Positions 18,214 to 27,784 of a DNA stretch of 64,000 nt are shown in pieces. Under the pieces are notes generated by a model. The model worked only from the letters and a program-made list of their open reading frames with translations. It made no database searches and was not told the origin of the DNA. How positions within the stretch are numbered: the first letter of the stretch is position 1; each line of letters starts with the position of its first letter. Where the stretch lies: assembly GCA_963804995.1 (NCBI GenBank), contig CAWDSK010000003.1, positions 416,001 through 480,000 of the forward strand, read 5' to 3'. A program made the position numbers and the translations under genes. Origin of the DNA: an uncultured Acidobacteriota bacterium. GTDB lineage: Bacteria; Acidobacteriota; Terriglobia; UBA7540.

Positions 18214-21126
18214 TCAACTGAGCTGCCGTTTCGCTAATTGCGTAAAGAGCCCTCCCTGCGCCATCAGCTCGTCGTAGGAACCCGTCTCCACAAGGGAACC
18301 CCTGTCGAGGACACAGATCCGGTCAGCGCGTATGACCGTGGAAAGGCGATGGGCGATCACGACGCGTGTAGCATTAAGAGTTTTCAGGCTCCGGCTGACG
18401 ACCGCCTGCATGAGATTATCCAGAGCGCTGGTCGCCTCGTCGAACAGGATGATCCGTGGCTTGCGGGCGATGGCGCGGGCAATCAGCAAGCGCTGGCGCT
18501 GCCCACCGGAAAGTCCACTTCCGCCCTCGCTCACCACCGTATGCATTCCCATGGGCATGGCCTTGAGGTCGTCCTCCAGCCCCGCCAGGCGCGCGGCCTC
18601 CCAAGCATCATCGATGGTCAGGGTTCCGTCGCCCACGATATTCCGGAAGATGCTGCCCGTCATGAGCCGCGCATTCTGGAGGACCACCCCAATTTGCCTT
18701 CGTACCGCATGAACATCCAGATCAGCCAGATCCTGTCCGTCGTAATAAATGGCGCCGGAGCCGGGCGTCTCAAAACCCAGGAGCAAACGGAAAAAGGTTG
18801 ATTTCCCACTCCCCGAGGGCCCGACCAGAGCCACAAACTGACCCGAGGAGATACCCAGGGAAAAGTCACGCAAGACCCATGGCCCATCGTTTCGATAACG
18901 AAAATTCACGTGGTGAATATCCAGGGTCCCGGTTAACTCGGGGGGGGCGGTCTGGGTGGTCACGACTTCGGGCAGTGAGGTTAGAATTGGCTTGGCGCGC
19001 TCATAGAGCGGGATGACGTTGAGCACAGAAATCAGGGCGGAACTCAAGTCCATCGCCCCGGTACTGAATTGCACGAAGGCGGCCATGAAGGCCAGGAATT
19101 CGCCAGTCGTCAGCATCGGGGTGTTGGGGTTTTTCATCAGCGCGGTGGCGTAATAAAAGATGACGGCCCAGGCCAGCACGGGGAACGCCGAGTTGAAAAT
19201 CGAAACGAGGTTCGAGATTTTTCGGGCGCGCAAGGCGAGGACTCGCTGTTTCGCGAACTCGCGCGCCCAAACCGCAAAGGCGCGGGCTTCGGTTCCCGCC
19301 ACCCGGAATTTCGCGATACCGTTGATGAATTGCAGCGTGGTGCCGGCAATGCGCCCGCCCAACGCCGACACCTCGCGCAAGATTCTTACTTGCAGCCAGC
19401 CGCAGAAGGTAAAGACCAGGAAGGAACCAAACACCAAGGCGACGGCGATCAAGGCCAGGCTCCAACTGTAGTAGAACATCAGCGCACAGGACGCAATTGA
19501 GAAGATGCCGGTCAGGATGGAAGAGAGCGCGGACCCCGTAAGCGCCTCGCGAATCTGGCTGATTCCCAAACTCCGCCGGGCCAGGTCGCCGGAAGTGAAA
19601 TTGCGGAAGAAGGGTACGGGCAAGGCCAGCAGGCGGTCCCACACGGCCGCCTGAATCGCGGCCTCCATTTTGCTCTGCAGGCGCAGGGTCGCCAGGCTAC
19701 GGGTGAGCGTAAACAATGCCGTTGCCACCGCGCTGATCACCAGGAAAATGCTGAACTCCGCCAGCGCGGAGTGCTGGGCGCCTGGAATAATCGTGTCAAA
19801 AATAATGCCCGTAAAGACCGGCGTGGCAATAGCCAACAGGCCGGCGGCAATCCCCATGAAAAGGACCGTGGCAGCGTCACCTCCACAATCCCTAAGCCCG
19901 AAAGCCAGAACGTCTCGCAGAGTCAGCGCCTTGGGGGGGAAAGGGCGATAGAAGACATAAGCGAAGCCGTTGAGCTTGTCGGCTAGTTCTCCGTCCACGA
20001 GGGTTTTCACGCGGGTGATGGGATCATAGACTTGATAATTTCCCCGGCCCGGCAACAGCGCCACCGGCCGCTTGTCTTGCTCAAGAAAACCAACCATGGG
20101 CGCGCTTTCCTGGTTCCACCACTTGCCCTTCAGCATCACCTGACGCGTTCTCACCCGGGCCGCCTGGGCGATGGCGCTCACCGGATCTCGCTGTTTGATG
20201 AGCTCCAAGGCGCGAGGCACGAGGGGGATTTGAATGCCGCTGGCGCTGCCCACCAGACGGCAGACTTGAAGCAGAGGATCCAATCCTCCGGTCTCCACCT
20301 CCCAAGGGCTCTTCTCCCCGCCCCGCAACGGCTCGGCGAGTTTGTACAGAGCGGCCTCGAACACATTCGCGTCGGCTTCCGCCACTGCCCGCAAACGCGC
20401 CCGGGATTTCAGCTCATCTCTGCGCAACTGGATCACGAGATAGGCGAAGACCTGTTCCTGGAAATTTCGCAAGCCCGACCACCGCGGGTCAGCCTCCAGC
20501 CACTCTCGCGTATCGAGGCATCCCACTTGTGACTGTGGGGCGCACTTGAGCCAAGCCGTACGGCTTACCGGGAAAAACCTTCCCGCCTCGATCGGCGGCA
20601 TCTGGTCATCACCCAACAGGCTGGAACTTCCTTCCAGGTGACGAATCCATACCACGCCCAGGAGTGGGAGGACAGCCGTGGGCTTACTCTCCACCACGAT
20701 CTCCGCGCCCGGAGCCAATTCCTGGAATTCCTTGGGGGCAGGCTTGTCTGCCACCGCCGAGCCCAGATTCTCCACCCACTTGTCGATGAAGGGCAGGACA
20801 GATTCCGGCGAACCAGCGGCGGCCTGCTGGAGTTGTTTAAGTTGCAGGCAGAGCACCTTCGATCTCACCGCCGCGTTGGCGATCACTCCGAAAGCGCCAT
20901 CGGGCCGCTCGACAAATCCCATCACCGGATTGCCGGCTTCCACACGGATGAAATGATGCCGGGCGCCGGACGGCTCCCCCTCACGCATCTCCACCAAAAA
21001 GAGGTTGAGTTTCCCCTCCAACACCAGCCACATCTTCTCCGGGTCCTGGAGGGAGAGCGGGACCCCGGGGTGCAAATCCAGAACGACCCCTTGCTCCTCC
21101 AGCCGGGTTATTTGCGTGATGTCCAT
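18214..21126 (-). CDS. NHLM-type bacteriocin export ABC transporter, permease/ATPase (no peptidase; cNMP-fold-like N-terminus)
   Basis: QAAVWDRLLALP TM domain, GPSGSGKS, LSGGQRQ, ILFDEATSALD; long N-terminal extension. Confidence 0.9.
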   Translation of the reverse strand: MDITQITRLEEQGVVLDLHPGVPLSLQDPEKMWLVLEGKLNLFLVEMREGEPSGARHHFIRVEAGNPVMGFVERPDGAFGVIANAAVRSKVLCLQLKQLQQAAAGSPESVLPFIDKWVENLGSAVADKPAPKEFQELAPGAEIVVESKPTAVLPLLGVVWIRHLEGSSSLLGDDQMPPIEAGRFFPVSRTAWLKCAPQSQVGCLDTREWLEADPRWSGLRNFQEQVFAYLVIQLRRDELKSRARLRAVAEADANVFEAALYKLAEPLRGGEKSPWEVETGGLDPLLQVCRLVGSASGIQIPLVPRALELIKQRDPVSAIAQAARVRTRQVMLKGKWWNQESAPMVGFLEQDKRPVALLPGRGNYQVYDPITRVKTLVDGELADKLNGFAYVFYRPFPPKALTLRDVLAFGLRDCGGDAATVLFMGIAAGLLAIATPVFTGIIFDTIIPGAQHSALAEFSIFLVISAVATALFTLTRSLATLRLQSKMEAAIQAAVWDRLLALPVPFFRNFTSGDLARRSLGISQIREALTGSALSSILTGIFSIASCALMFYYSWSLALIAVALVFGSFLVFTFCGWLQVRILREVSALGGRIAGTTLQFINGIAKFRVAGTEARAFAVWAREFAKQRVLALRARKISNLVSIFNSAFPVLAWAVIFYYATALMKNPNTPMLTTGEFLAFMAAFVQFSTGAMDLSSALISVLNVIPLYERAKPILTSLPEVVTTQTAPPELTGTLDIHHVNFRYRNDGPWVLRDFSLGISSGQFVALVGPSGSGKSTFFRLLLGFETPGSGAIYYDGQDLADLDVHAVRRQIGVVLQNARLMTGSIFRNIVGDGTLTIDDAWEAARLAGLEDDLKAMPMGMHTVVSEGGSGLSGGQRQRLLIARAIARKPRIILFDEATSALDNLMQAVVSRSLKTLNATRVVIAHRLSTVIRADRICVLDRGSLVETGSYDELMAQGGLFTQLAKRQLS

Positions 21127-21132
21127 GCGTGC

Positions 21133-23349
21133 CTACACCGCTTCAATCAGCCTCCGGTAGGGGCCGTCCATCCGGATCATTTCCTCATGGGTGCCGCGCT
21201 GCACCACTTCCCCGCGTTCCAGAACGATAATCTCATCGGCGTCGCGAATGGTGCTGAGACGATGGGCCACAATCAGGCACGTGGCCCCCCGCCGGCGCAG
21301 ACTGTCATCCACGTATTTTTCGCTGTAGGCGTCAAGCGAACTGGTGGCCTCGTTGAGAATAAGAATGCGCGGATCGTTGACGAGCGCGCGGGTGATCTCC
21401 AGGCGTTGCCTCTGCCCACCGCTCAGGTTGCGCCCACCCTCTTCCACCCAGAATTCGTAGCCATTGGGAAGGCTGGTAATCTCATCGTGAATCCCCGCAT
21501 CCTGGGCGGCCTGGACCAGGGACGCATGTTCGACGGTGGCGTCCCACATGGTCAGGTTGTCGCGCAGGGTTCCATCGAACAGAAATATCTCCTGGTCCAC
21601 CATGGCAATGGAATTATTCAGCACGCCACGAGGAATGGTGCGGCGCGGCCGGCCGTCGAATAACACTTCACCCGACCACGGCTGATAAAGCCCGGAAACA
21701 ATTTTCGACACGGTCGACTTGCCGCTTCCCGAGGCGCCCACCAGGGCCACGCGCTGCCCCGGCTTCAGGGTCAAACTGAAATTGGTAATCAGGGGCGGTT
21801 CCAAGCGGCTATAGCCAAACGTCACGTCCCGCAGTTCCAGGTGCCCGGCGAGGCGCTCCTCGACGGCAGGGCTTTGTCCCGCGAGAGTGGCAGGCCCAAC
21901 TTGAGGGTCGGGTTGGTATTGGAGCGTATCGTCCAAGCGGCTGAGGTCGCCCTCAATCTCCTGAGTCTTGCTGCCCAGATTCACCAATTTGTTGACGGGA
22001 TCGATGAAGCTGGTCATCAAACTCTGGAAGGCGATGAGCATGCCCATGGTCAGGAAGCCGTTCATCACGCGCAACCCGCCCAAACCGAGCACGGCGGCGG
22101 TATTGAGACCCGTCAGAAAGGAGGGAATGGCCGAGAGGAACACCGAGGACATTCCAAAGCTTTGTCCGGCATTGACGACTTTGGCCTGGTAACCCCCCCA
22201 GCGGGCAAAGAATTCGGACTCTGACGCAGAGGACTTGAGGGTCTCGATGGTCTGCAAGCCATTCACTGACACGCCCAGCAGGCACCCCTGCTCTTGCAGC
22301 AGGTGGCGGTTCTGGTCCACGCGCCGGCGCTGAACAAATCGCAAGGCCGCGATATTAAGCACCGCTATGAGAATGCCGATGACCGTCAGCAGAGCGTCAT
22401 ACTGAAACAGCAAGGCCCCATAAATCCCGATAAGAAGAATGTTGGCCAGATTCGTGGCCACATCCCCGGAGAGCAGGGTTGCTACCTGGTCGTTGAGTTG
22501 CAGCCGCGAGGCGACTTCGCCGGCGTAACGTTGGGCGAAAAACTCAGTGGGCAATCGCAGCACGTGCCAGAAAAACTTGGCGGAGGATGTCAGTGCCAGC
22601 TTCATCTCCACGTGCATCAAAGAGTCCTGCTGGAGAAGCGTCAGCAGGGCCTTCACGATCGCCGTGACCGTCATGGCCACCAACAACGGGGTCAGCCAAC
22701 TGGTCAGGCCTCCTACCAGAAGGTTATCGACATAGATTTTGAAAAATACGGGAATCACCAGGTTAGGAATGGCCAGGCCCAACGTGGCGAGCACGAGATA
22801 CAGGAGGGCCAAACGGCTTCCCGGAAGGCGCGAGGCCAGCATCTGGAAGACGCTGGGCTTTTCCCCACCCTTCTTAAAAGTGGGTTCCTTCTCGAAAACC
22901 AGGACGACGCCGGTGAAGGACTCATCAAACTCCTCATCGTCCACCCACCGGCGGCCCTCGGCCGGATCGTTGAGATAAACCTTTTTGTCTCCGAAGCCCT
23001 CCACCACCAGAAAGTGGTTGAAGTTCCAGAAGACGATCAGGGGCAGCGGCAACTCGCGCAGTTGCGCGGGTTCCTTCTTGTAGCCTTTGGCTTTCAGGCC
23101 GTAGGTGCGCGCGGCCTTCAGCATGTTGCTGGCTTTGCTGCCGTCGCGCGAGACGCCGCAAGCCACCCGCAATTCCTCCAGGGGAACGATTCGCCCGTGG
23201 TAGGCAAGGATGATCCCCAGCGCGGCGGCCCCGCACTCCACCCCTTCCATCTGCAATACCGTGGGAGTCGTTACCCTGCCACGGCGCAGCAAATGAGCGA
23301 GCGACTTGTGAGCCGGGACCGGTTTGGGATCGATGGCAGTTGTACCCAT
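21133..23349 (-). CDS. NHLM-type bacteriocin export ABC transporter with C39 peptidase domain
   Basis: [17 protein letters not shown] (Gln, Cys), FWNFNHFLV (His), LNDPAEG (Asp), GVSRDGS; ABC domain. Confidence 0.93.
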   Translation of the reverse strand: MGTTAIDPKPVPAHKSLAHLLRRGRVTTPTVLQMEGVECGAAALGIILAYHGRIVPLEELRVACGVSRDGSKASNMLKAARTYGLKAKGYKKEPAQLRELPLPLIVFWNFNHFLVVEGFGDKKVYLNDPAEGRRWVDDEEFDESFTGVVLVFEKEPTFKKGGEKPSVFQMLASRLPGSRLALLYLVLATLGLAIPNLVIPVFFKIYVDNLLVGGLTSWLTPLLVAMTVTAIVKALLTLLQQDSLMHVEMKLALTSSAKFFWHVLRLPTEFFAQRYAGEVASRLQLNDQVATLLSGDVATNLANILLIGIYGALLFQYDALLTVIGILIAVLNIAALRFVQRRRVDQNRHLLQEQGCLLGVSVNGLQTIETLKSSASESEFFARWGGYQAKVVNAGQSFGMSSVFLSAIPSFLTGLNTAAVLGLGGLRVMNGFLTMGMLIAFQSLMTSFIDPVNKLVNLGSKTQEIEGDLSRLDDTLQYQPDPQVGPATLAGQSPAVEERLAGHLELRDVTFGYSRLEPPLITNFSLTLKPGQRVALVGASGSGKSTVSKIVSGLYQPWSGEVLFDGRPRRTIPRGVLNNSIAMVDQEIFLFDGTLRDNLTMWDATVEHASLVQAAQDAGIHDEITSLPNGYEFWVEEGGRNLSGGQRQRLEITRALVNDPRILILNEATSSLDAYSEKYVDDSLRRRGATCLIVAHRLSTIRDADEIIVLERGEVVQRGTHEEMIRMDGPYRRLIEAV

Positions 23350-23402
23350 GGGTTACTCTGGATTTCTTACTGGGCTTTCGCGTTTTTACACGGTTGCTCA
23401 AC

Positions 23403-23540
23403 ACCACCCCGGCGCCCGGCGCGCCACCCCTCCTCATCTGAGGAGGGGAGTCCCGTAAGAACTCCCCTCCTGATTCAGGAGGGGTGGCGATCAGAGCGCC
23501 GGGGTGGTTATTCTCTTTACCACCTCCGCCAGGGTGGTTA
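23403..23540. repeat. Palindromic REP-like element (ACCACCCC..GGGGTGGT)
   Basis: Nested inverted repeats CCCCTCCT/AGGAGGGG in the spacer between the HlyD and ABC genes. Confidence 0.65.
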
Positions 23541-23627
23541 CACGCGGCGGAGTATTCTTCCGCAGCCTCTGAAGCTCAGCAATATGCAGCCAACAACTGC
23601 TTTCCGCCTACTGCCTTCTGCCCTAAG

Positions 23628-24881
23628 TTAACTCAGCCCAAGTTTGCCTTTGAAGAAGGGGAGCAGCAGGCTCACCGGCGGTTGCCGGCGTGTGATCACC
23701 TGCACGGTTGAGAGCGTGCCGCTGCTGATGGTAATCGCCGGGCCCCGGGACGACGACCACTTGAATCCGCTCAAGCTACTGGCATCGCGCTCCAATGTGA
23801 CTCTTACTTCCGTCACGGGGCCGCCCGCCATAATCGAGCGCACTAACGTTTCGTTTTGAAAATTGCGCATCAAGGCGTCGGAGCTGGCGGGAAACTCACC
23901 GACGTAAACCACTTTGCCGCGGATAAAACCAAACTCCTCGCGCTTAACCGTGGAAGGAGATATTTCCGCCTCCATCCCCGGCTGCACGGCCTTGGCTTGA
24001 AGGGAGGGCAGATAAACCAGCACCTCCAGGGTATTCCCCTGAGGCTGGATGCTAAGGATGGGACTGCCCGCAGTAACCAGAGTGCCCGGCACAGCCTTCA
24101 TCTCGATAACCTGGCCCTCGTAGGGACTTACGACGCTGGATTGTATGGCCATCAGGTTTTCCAGGCTCGCCAGGTTCCGCCCCAACTCCGAGATGTGCTC
24201 TTCCGCGTCCTCTTTGAAGTGTTCCGGATCGGTCCGCGCTGCGAATTGATCCGCGTCAATGCGTTTGAGTTTTGCCCGGTCAGTTTCGATTTGACCCTTG
24301 AGCTCAACCAGGTGCTGCTCATCCTGAAGCACCTGCTGCTTCGTAACCAGCCCTTTGGCAAGAAGTTGATTGTCGACCGTGATTTGCTCAGTCGCGATCT
24401 TTACCTGATCTCCGACCTCCTGGATTTCCCGCTCCGTGTTCACCCTGTCACGCGCCAGCGCGTCCACTTGGAGTTGGGCGCCTTTCTGGCGCGACCCGAT
24501 ATTGCGCTGTAGGTCTTCTTTCGCGTCGTCGAGGGCGGCGCGCGCCGTGCGGATTCTTTCCAACATCTGGGGATCCGAAACCCTGGCGACCAACTGATCG
24601 GCTTTTATCCGGTCCCCCAGATTAGCCTTGATGTCTGTCACCAGCCCCGGACCCGAGGTGACGACGTTCAAGACGGTTCCGGCCCGCACGATGACTCCGG
24701 AGCCGCTCACCTTCGTAGCGATGGTCCCCGCATAGCCCCAAACCATGGCGACACCCAGAATGAGAAACATTCCGGCCAGCGCCAGCCATCGCTTCGCCCC
24801 GGTTACCCGCATGATGGTGTCAAGCTGTTCCGGGGAAGACAGCCGCTCAAGGGAAGCTTTTCGGAAGATACTGGTGTCCAT
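23628..24881 (-). CDS. NHLM-type HlyD family secretion (membrane fusion) protein
   Basis: IFRKASLERLSSPEQLD N-terminus, PSTVKREEFGFI, FKWSSSRGP. Confidence 0.93.
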   Translation of the reverse strand: MDTSIFRKASLERLSSPEQLDTIMRVTGAKRWLALAGMFLILGVAMVWGYAGTIATKVSGSGVIVRAGTVLNVVTSGPGLVTDIKANLGDRIKADQLVARVSDPQMLERIRTARAALDDAKEDLQRNIGSRQKGAQLQVDALARDRVNTEREIQEVGDQVKIATEQITVDNQLLAKGLVTKQQVLQDEQHLVELKGQIETDRAKLKRIDADQFAARTDPEHFKEDAEEHISELGRNLASLENLMAIQSSVVSPYEGQVIEMKAVPGTLVTAGSPILSIQPQGNTLEVLVYLPSLQAKAVQPGMEAEISPSTVKREEFGFIRGKVVYVGEFPASSDALMRNFQNETLVRSIMAGGPVTEVRVTLERDASSLSGFKWSSSRGPAITISSGTLSTVQVITRRQPPVSLLLPFFKGKLGLS

Positions 24882-24887
24882 GTTATT

Positions 24888-26498
24888 TCATTCCTTCCCG
24901 GCCGGCGGTTTGGGAGCAGCCGGAACGGGAACGGTGTAGAAAACCTCGCAATCGACCGATTGCACGGTCTTATCCGGTTCGACGATCGAGCCGGTGGCGA
25001 AGCGCAACTGGGTCAGTGCCAGCGCATAGCCGAGTTCAGCGTTCACCTGGTCTTGCTCCGCTTCCGTCAGCCGGTCCTCCAGCGTCAACACATCCACAAG
25101 CTTCCCCTGACCCAATCGATACCTATCGCGCTCGCCTTCCAGCGCCTTCTGGGAAGCGACCGCAGCCTCCCGCACTCTCTGCAACTGGAGCGCGGCGTTC
25201 CGTACGCCCCCCACGGCTGTCACCACGGAAGCCATGATGGATTCGGACGTTTGGAGGGTGTGAAGTTCCGCCTGGCGAAGGCCGGATTGTGCCAGCATCA
25301 ACGCTCCGGAAGCGGCATTGTTGCGGGGCGGAAAGCGGTAGGTGACGCCTACACCGGCGTCCGGTCCATGCATGGAGCGTCCGGGAGCGCTGAGATAGTC
25401 ACCGAAGCTGCTGCCCAAGTCGATGCTCGAGTACCCCGTGTTCAGGTTCAGATTGAGCTGGGGCAAGAGGCCATTCCTGGCCGGCACGAGCAGGGCTTTT
25501 TGTTCTGTTTCGCGCTTCTTGGCTGCCAGGTAATCCGCGCGGCCCTGGAGCGCCAAGCTGAAGAACTGTTGCAGCGAATGGGCATTCAGAACGGCCAGGG
25601 CATGGCCATCATCGATCGGGAATTCCTCCATTGGCATTCCCACGTCTGCCATCTGGTCGACGGTTAAACCCATGGCCAGGGCAAGTTGCTGGAGTGCCGC
25701 GAGGAGGTTCTGCTCCGCCGCGATGCGCGCCGCTGACCGGGTGGCCAGATTGGCGTTGACCTGATGGATTTCAGCCTGCGCCACACGCCCCGCGTCAATC
25801 AGCGTCTGGACGTTTTCCACGTAAACCTCGCCGCGCGCTTCGGATTCCTGAGCCACCTTCAGGCTTTTCGCTGCGCCCACGGCATTCCAATAGCTGGAAG
25901 CAGTAGTCGACAAGAGGCTGCTGATGTTCTGGTTGAGGTCCAGCAAACTGGCCTCAACCTCGATTCCCGCCGCGGTCTCCGAAGCCGCCACTACGCTGCG
26001 CCCGCGCCCCCGGAGCAGCGGTACGGTCACTTGAAATGCCAGTGTGGAGAGATTGGTGCCCCCCAGGTTGTAGAAGTTGTCCGTGGTCCGGGTGGTCAGG
26101 AGGCTCGGGCTGATCGTCACACCATTGCGGTATTCCTTGCTGGCACCGATGTCCAGAGTCGTCAAGTTGCTGACATCGTTGCTGATCATGAGCCCCACGA
26201 TGCTAGCCTGCCCCCGGTCGTAGAAATTAAGAGGAGTGTTGATGCGATTCTGAGAAAGGGTGGTTTCAAAGACCGTGTCGAATAACCCGGTCGCCTGCCG
26301 GACCGCTGCCCGGCTGGCAACAACTTGCTGTTCCTGAATATGCAGGGCGGGCTGGTTCGCGAGGGTCGATTGCAAAGCCTCCACCAGGCCCAGCGGCTGG
26401 GAAGGAGGTCCGCTGGACTGGCCGAAGGAGCGCAGGCAACAAACTAGTAGAAGGGATCCGACAGCGAGTGCCGACCGCCGGCACTGCAAGCTGTTCAT
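24888..26498 (-). CDS. TolC family outer membrane efflux protein
   Basis: Signal peptide from MNSLQ (AGGAG upstream), PLLRGRG, two OEP repeats, ERDRYRLGQG..DVL. Confidence 0.88.
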   Translation of the reverse strand: MNSLQCRRSALAVGSLLLVCCLRSFGQSSGPPSQPLGLVEALQSTLANQPALHIQEQQVVASRAAVRQATGLFDTVFETTLSQNRINTPLNFYDRGQASIVGLMISNDVSNLTTLDIGASKEYRNGVTISPSLLTTRTTDNFYNLGGTNLSTLAFQVTVPLLRGRGRSVVAASETAAGIEVEASLLDLNQNISSLLSTTASSYWNAVGAAKSLKVAQESEARGEVYVENVQTLIDAGRVAQAEIHQVNANLATRSAARIAAEQNLLAALQQLALAMGLTVDQMADVGMPMEEFPIDDGHALAVLNAHSLQQFFSLALQGRADYLAAKKRETEQKALLVPARNGLLPQLNLNLNTGYSSIDLGSSFGDYLSAPGRSMHGPDAGVGVTYRFPPRNNAASGALMLAQSGLRQAELHTLQTSESIMASVVTAVGGVRNAALQLQRVREAAVASQKALEGERDRYRLGQGKLVDVLTLEDRLTEAEQDQVNAELGYALALTQLRFATGSIVEPDKTVQSVDCEVFYTVPVPAAPKPPAGKE

Positions 26499-26828
26499 CG
26501 GGGTAATTTTCTCCTGCTGATCTTGGTGGTTATACAGCGACCGCTTATAAGTCCGCTCGGTTTCCTGGGGTGGGGCCGGCTCGCAGCCAACCTCTTTCAG
26601 GCCCACTCATGACGTGGGCTATCATTCCTGCTTCTGTTTTCCTGAGGCCTGAACTACTTTCTACGTTACGCCGCCACAGGCCCAGCTAACGCAAGGTTGT
26701 AGGGGTACGACTTGCCGTACCCTTTAAAATTTAATGGCGCGACAGGACCATTAGGGGACAACCAGCCTGTGGCCCTACCATAAGGCAGCACCTCGTGACA
26801 ATTGTCAAAAATTGGGTGCTACAGCGAG

Positions 26829-26946
26829 CTAGGAGCCTGTCGGAGATAGATTTCGTTGTACGTAGAATTAATAACTTAGCGAGATTCGAGTGTCTGTAAG
26901 TTGTTGATTCTTCGTTGACGAATTATTATTTCCGACACACTCCTAG
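26829..26946. mobile_element. MITE with CTAG at both ends and GAGYSTGTCGGA inverted repeats
   Basis: CTAGGAGCCTGTCGGA..TCCGACACACTCCTAG with an AT-rich interior. Confidence 0.7.
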
Positions 26947-26955
26947 CCTCTGTCC

Positions 26956-27084
26956 CTAAAAGAACTTGATCCCGCCGGACGCCTTCTCCAAGTCCTTGTC
27001 CGTGAGCTCGTCCTGCTTGTCCCAGACAGGCTTTGTGGCTTCCTGGTTCGTCTGGATCATCTTTTTTTCTTTCTCTTCTGCCAT
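26956..27084 (-). CDS. Double-glycine leader precursor peptide, 42 aa: MAEEKEKKMIQTNQEATKPVWDKQDELTDKDLEKASGG-IKFF
   Basis: Translated by hand (below the ORF-track cutoff). GAGGAG RBS 5 nt before ATG; ELTDKDLEKASGG leader motif; same strand as and upstream of the C39 exporter cassette. Confidence 0.85.
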   Translation of the reverse strand: MAEEKEKKMIQTNQEATKPVWDKQDELTDKDLEKASGGIKFF

Positions 27085-27784
27085 CGGGGCTCCTCTTTTT
27101 AGATAGGCTGAAACGATGATGCCACTCAAACTGTAAATGCAAGTATTGTCAGTCTACTTAGCTAACCACCGCTGGAAATACGAACAGCCCCCCCACAATA
27201 TGTCCGAAGTTTAGCACCAGTGGGAGAGGAGTCAAGTCCAAAATTCACATGGAACCGGCAAGTAGTCACGATCCTGCCGATGGCTCGGAATACCCATTCG
27301 TATGGCGAGGCGGCGCAAAGCCTTCGATCTCAAGAATGCCTCTGGAAATCAGTCCCGCGATCATGCAGGCAAACTCGGCGGGGCCCTGAGCAAAAGGTCC
27401 AGAAATTTGTCACAGGGACTTTGCGGTAGAAGGTCAAGAAATTCGTGGGTGAGAGGGTGTATCGCCGGAAAGACATAGTCTTTCGATTTTGGTGAGCCGT
27501 CGGGACTCTTCCACCGAGCAGACAAATCGTCCGTACTCCCAATCTGACCCGATGATGGGAAACTAGCCCCCTGTGTTAGTCATTCCTGTGTTAGTCATTA
27601 GGGTATTGTCAAGGACTGGTTACCTTAAGCTGCTGCTTCGGACGTCAATGTGCCATTGTCCAAAATTAGAACACCTTTCGCTGCGACTTATTTTGCAGGA
27701 TCAATCCAATTTTGCGACAATTATTGGGTTCGCACCCTTTTGCGTGCGGACAAACCGGCTGTACACTAGACACCACGGAGCTTT

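Noticed and set aside
22294..23631. Long plus-strand ORF (445 aa)
   Set aside because: Antisense shadow of the C39-ABC gene in GC-rich DNA.
26499..26606. N-terminal extension of TolC or a second precursor peptide
   Set aside because: No double-glycine motif; the RBS and signal peptide point to 26498.
26876..27142. 88-aa ORF from the track overlapping the precursor
   Set aside because: Different frame, no RBS, runs into a MITE; the 42-aa frame has the RBS and leader motif.
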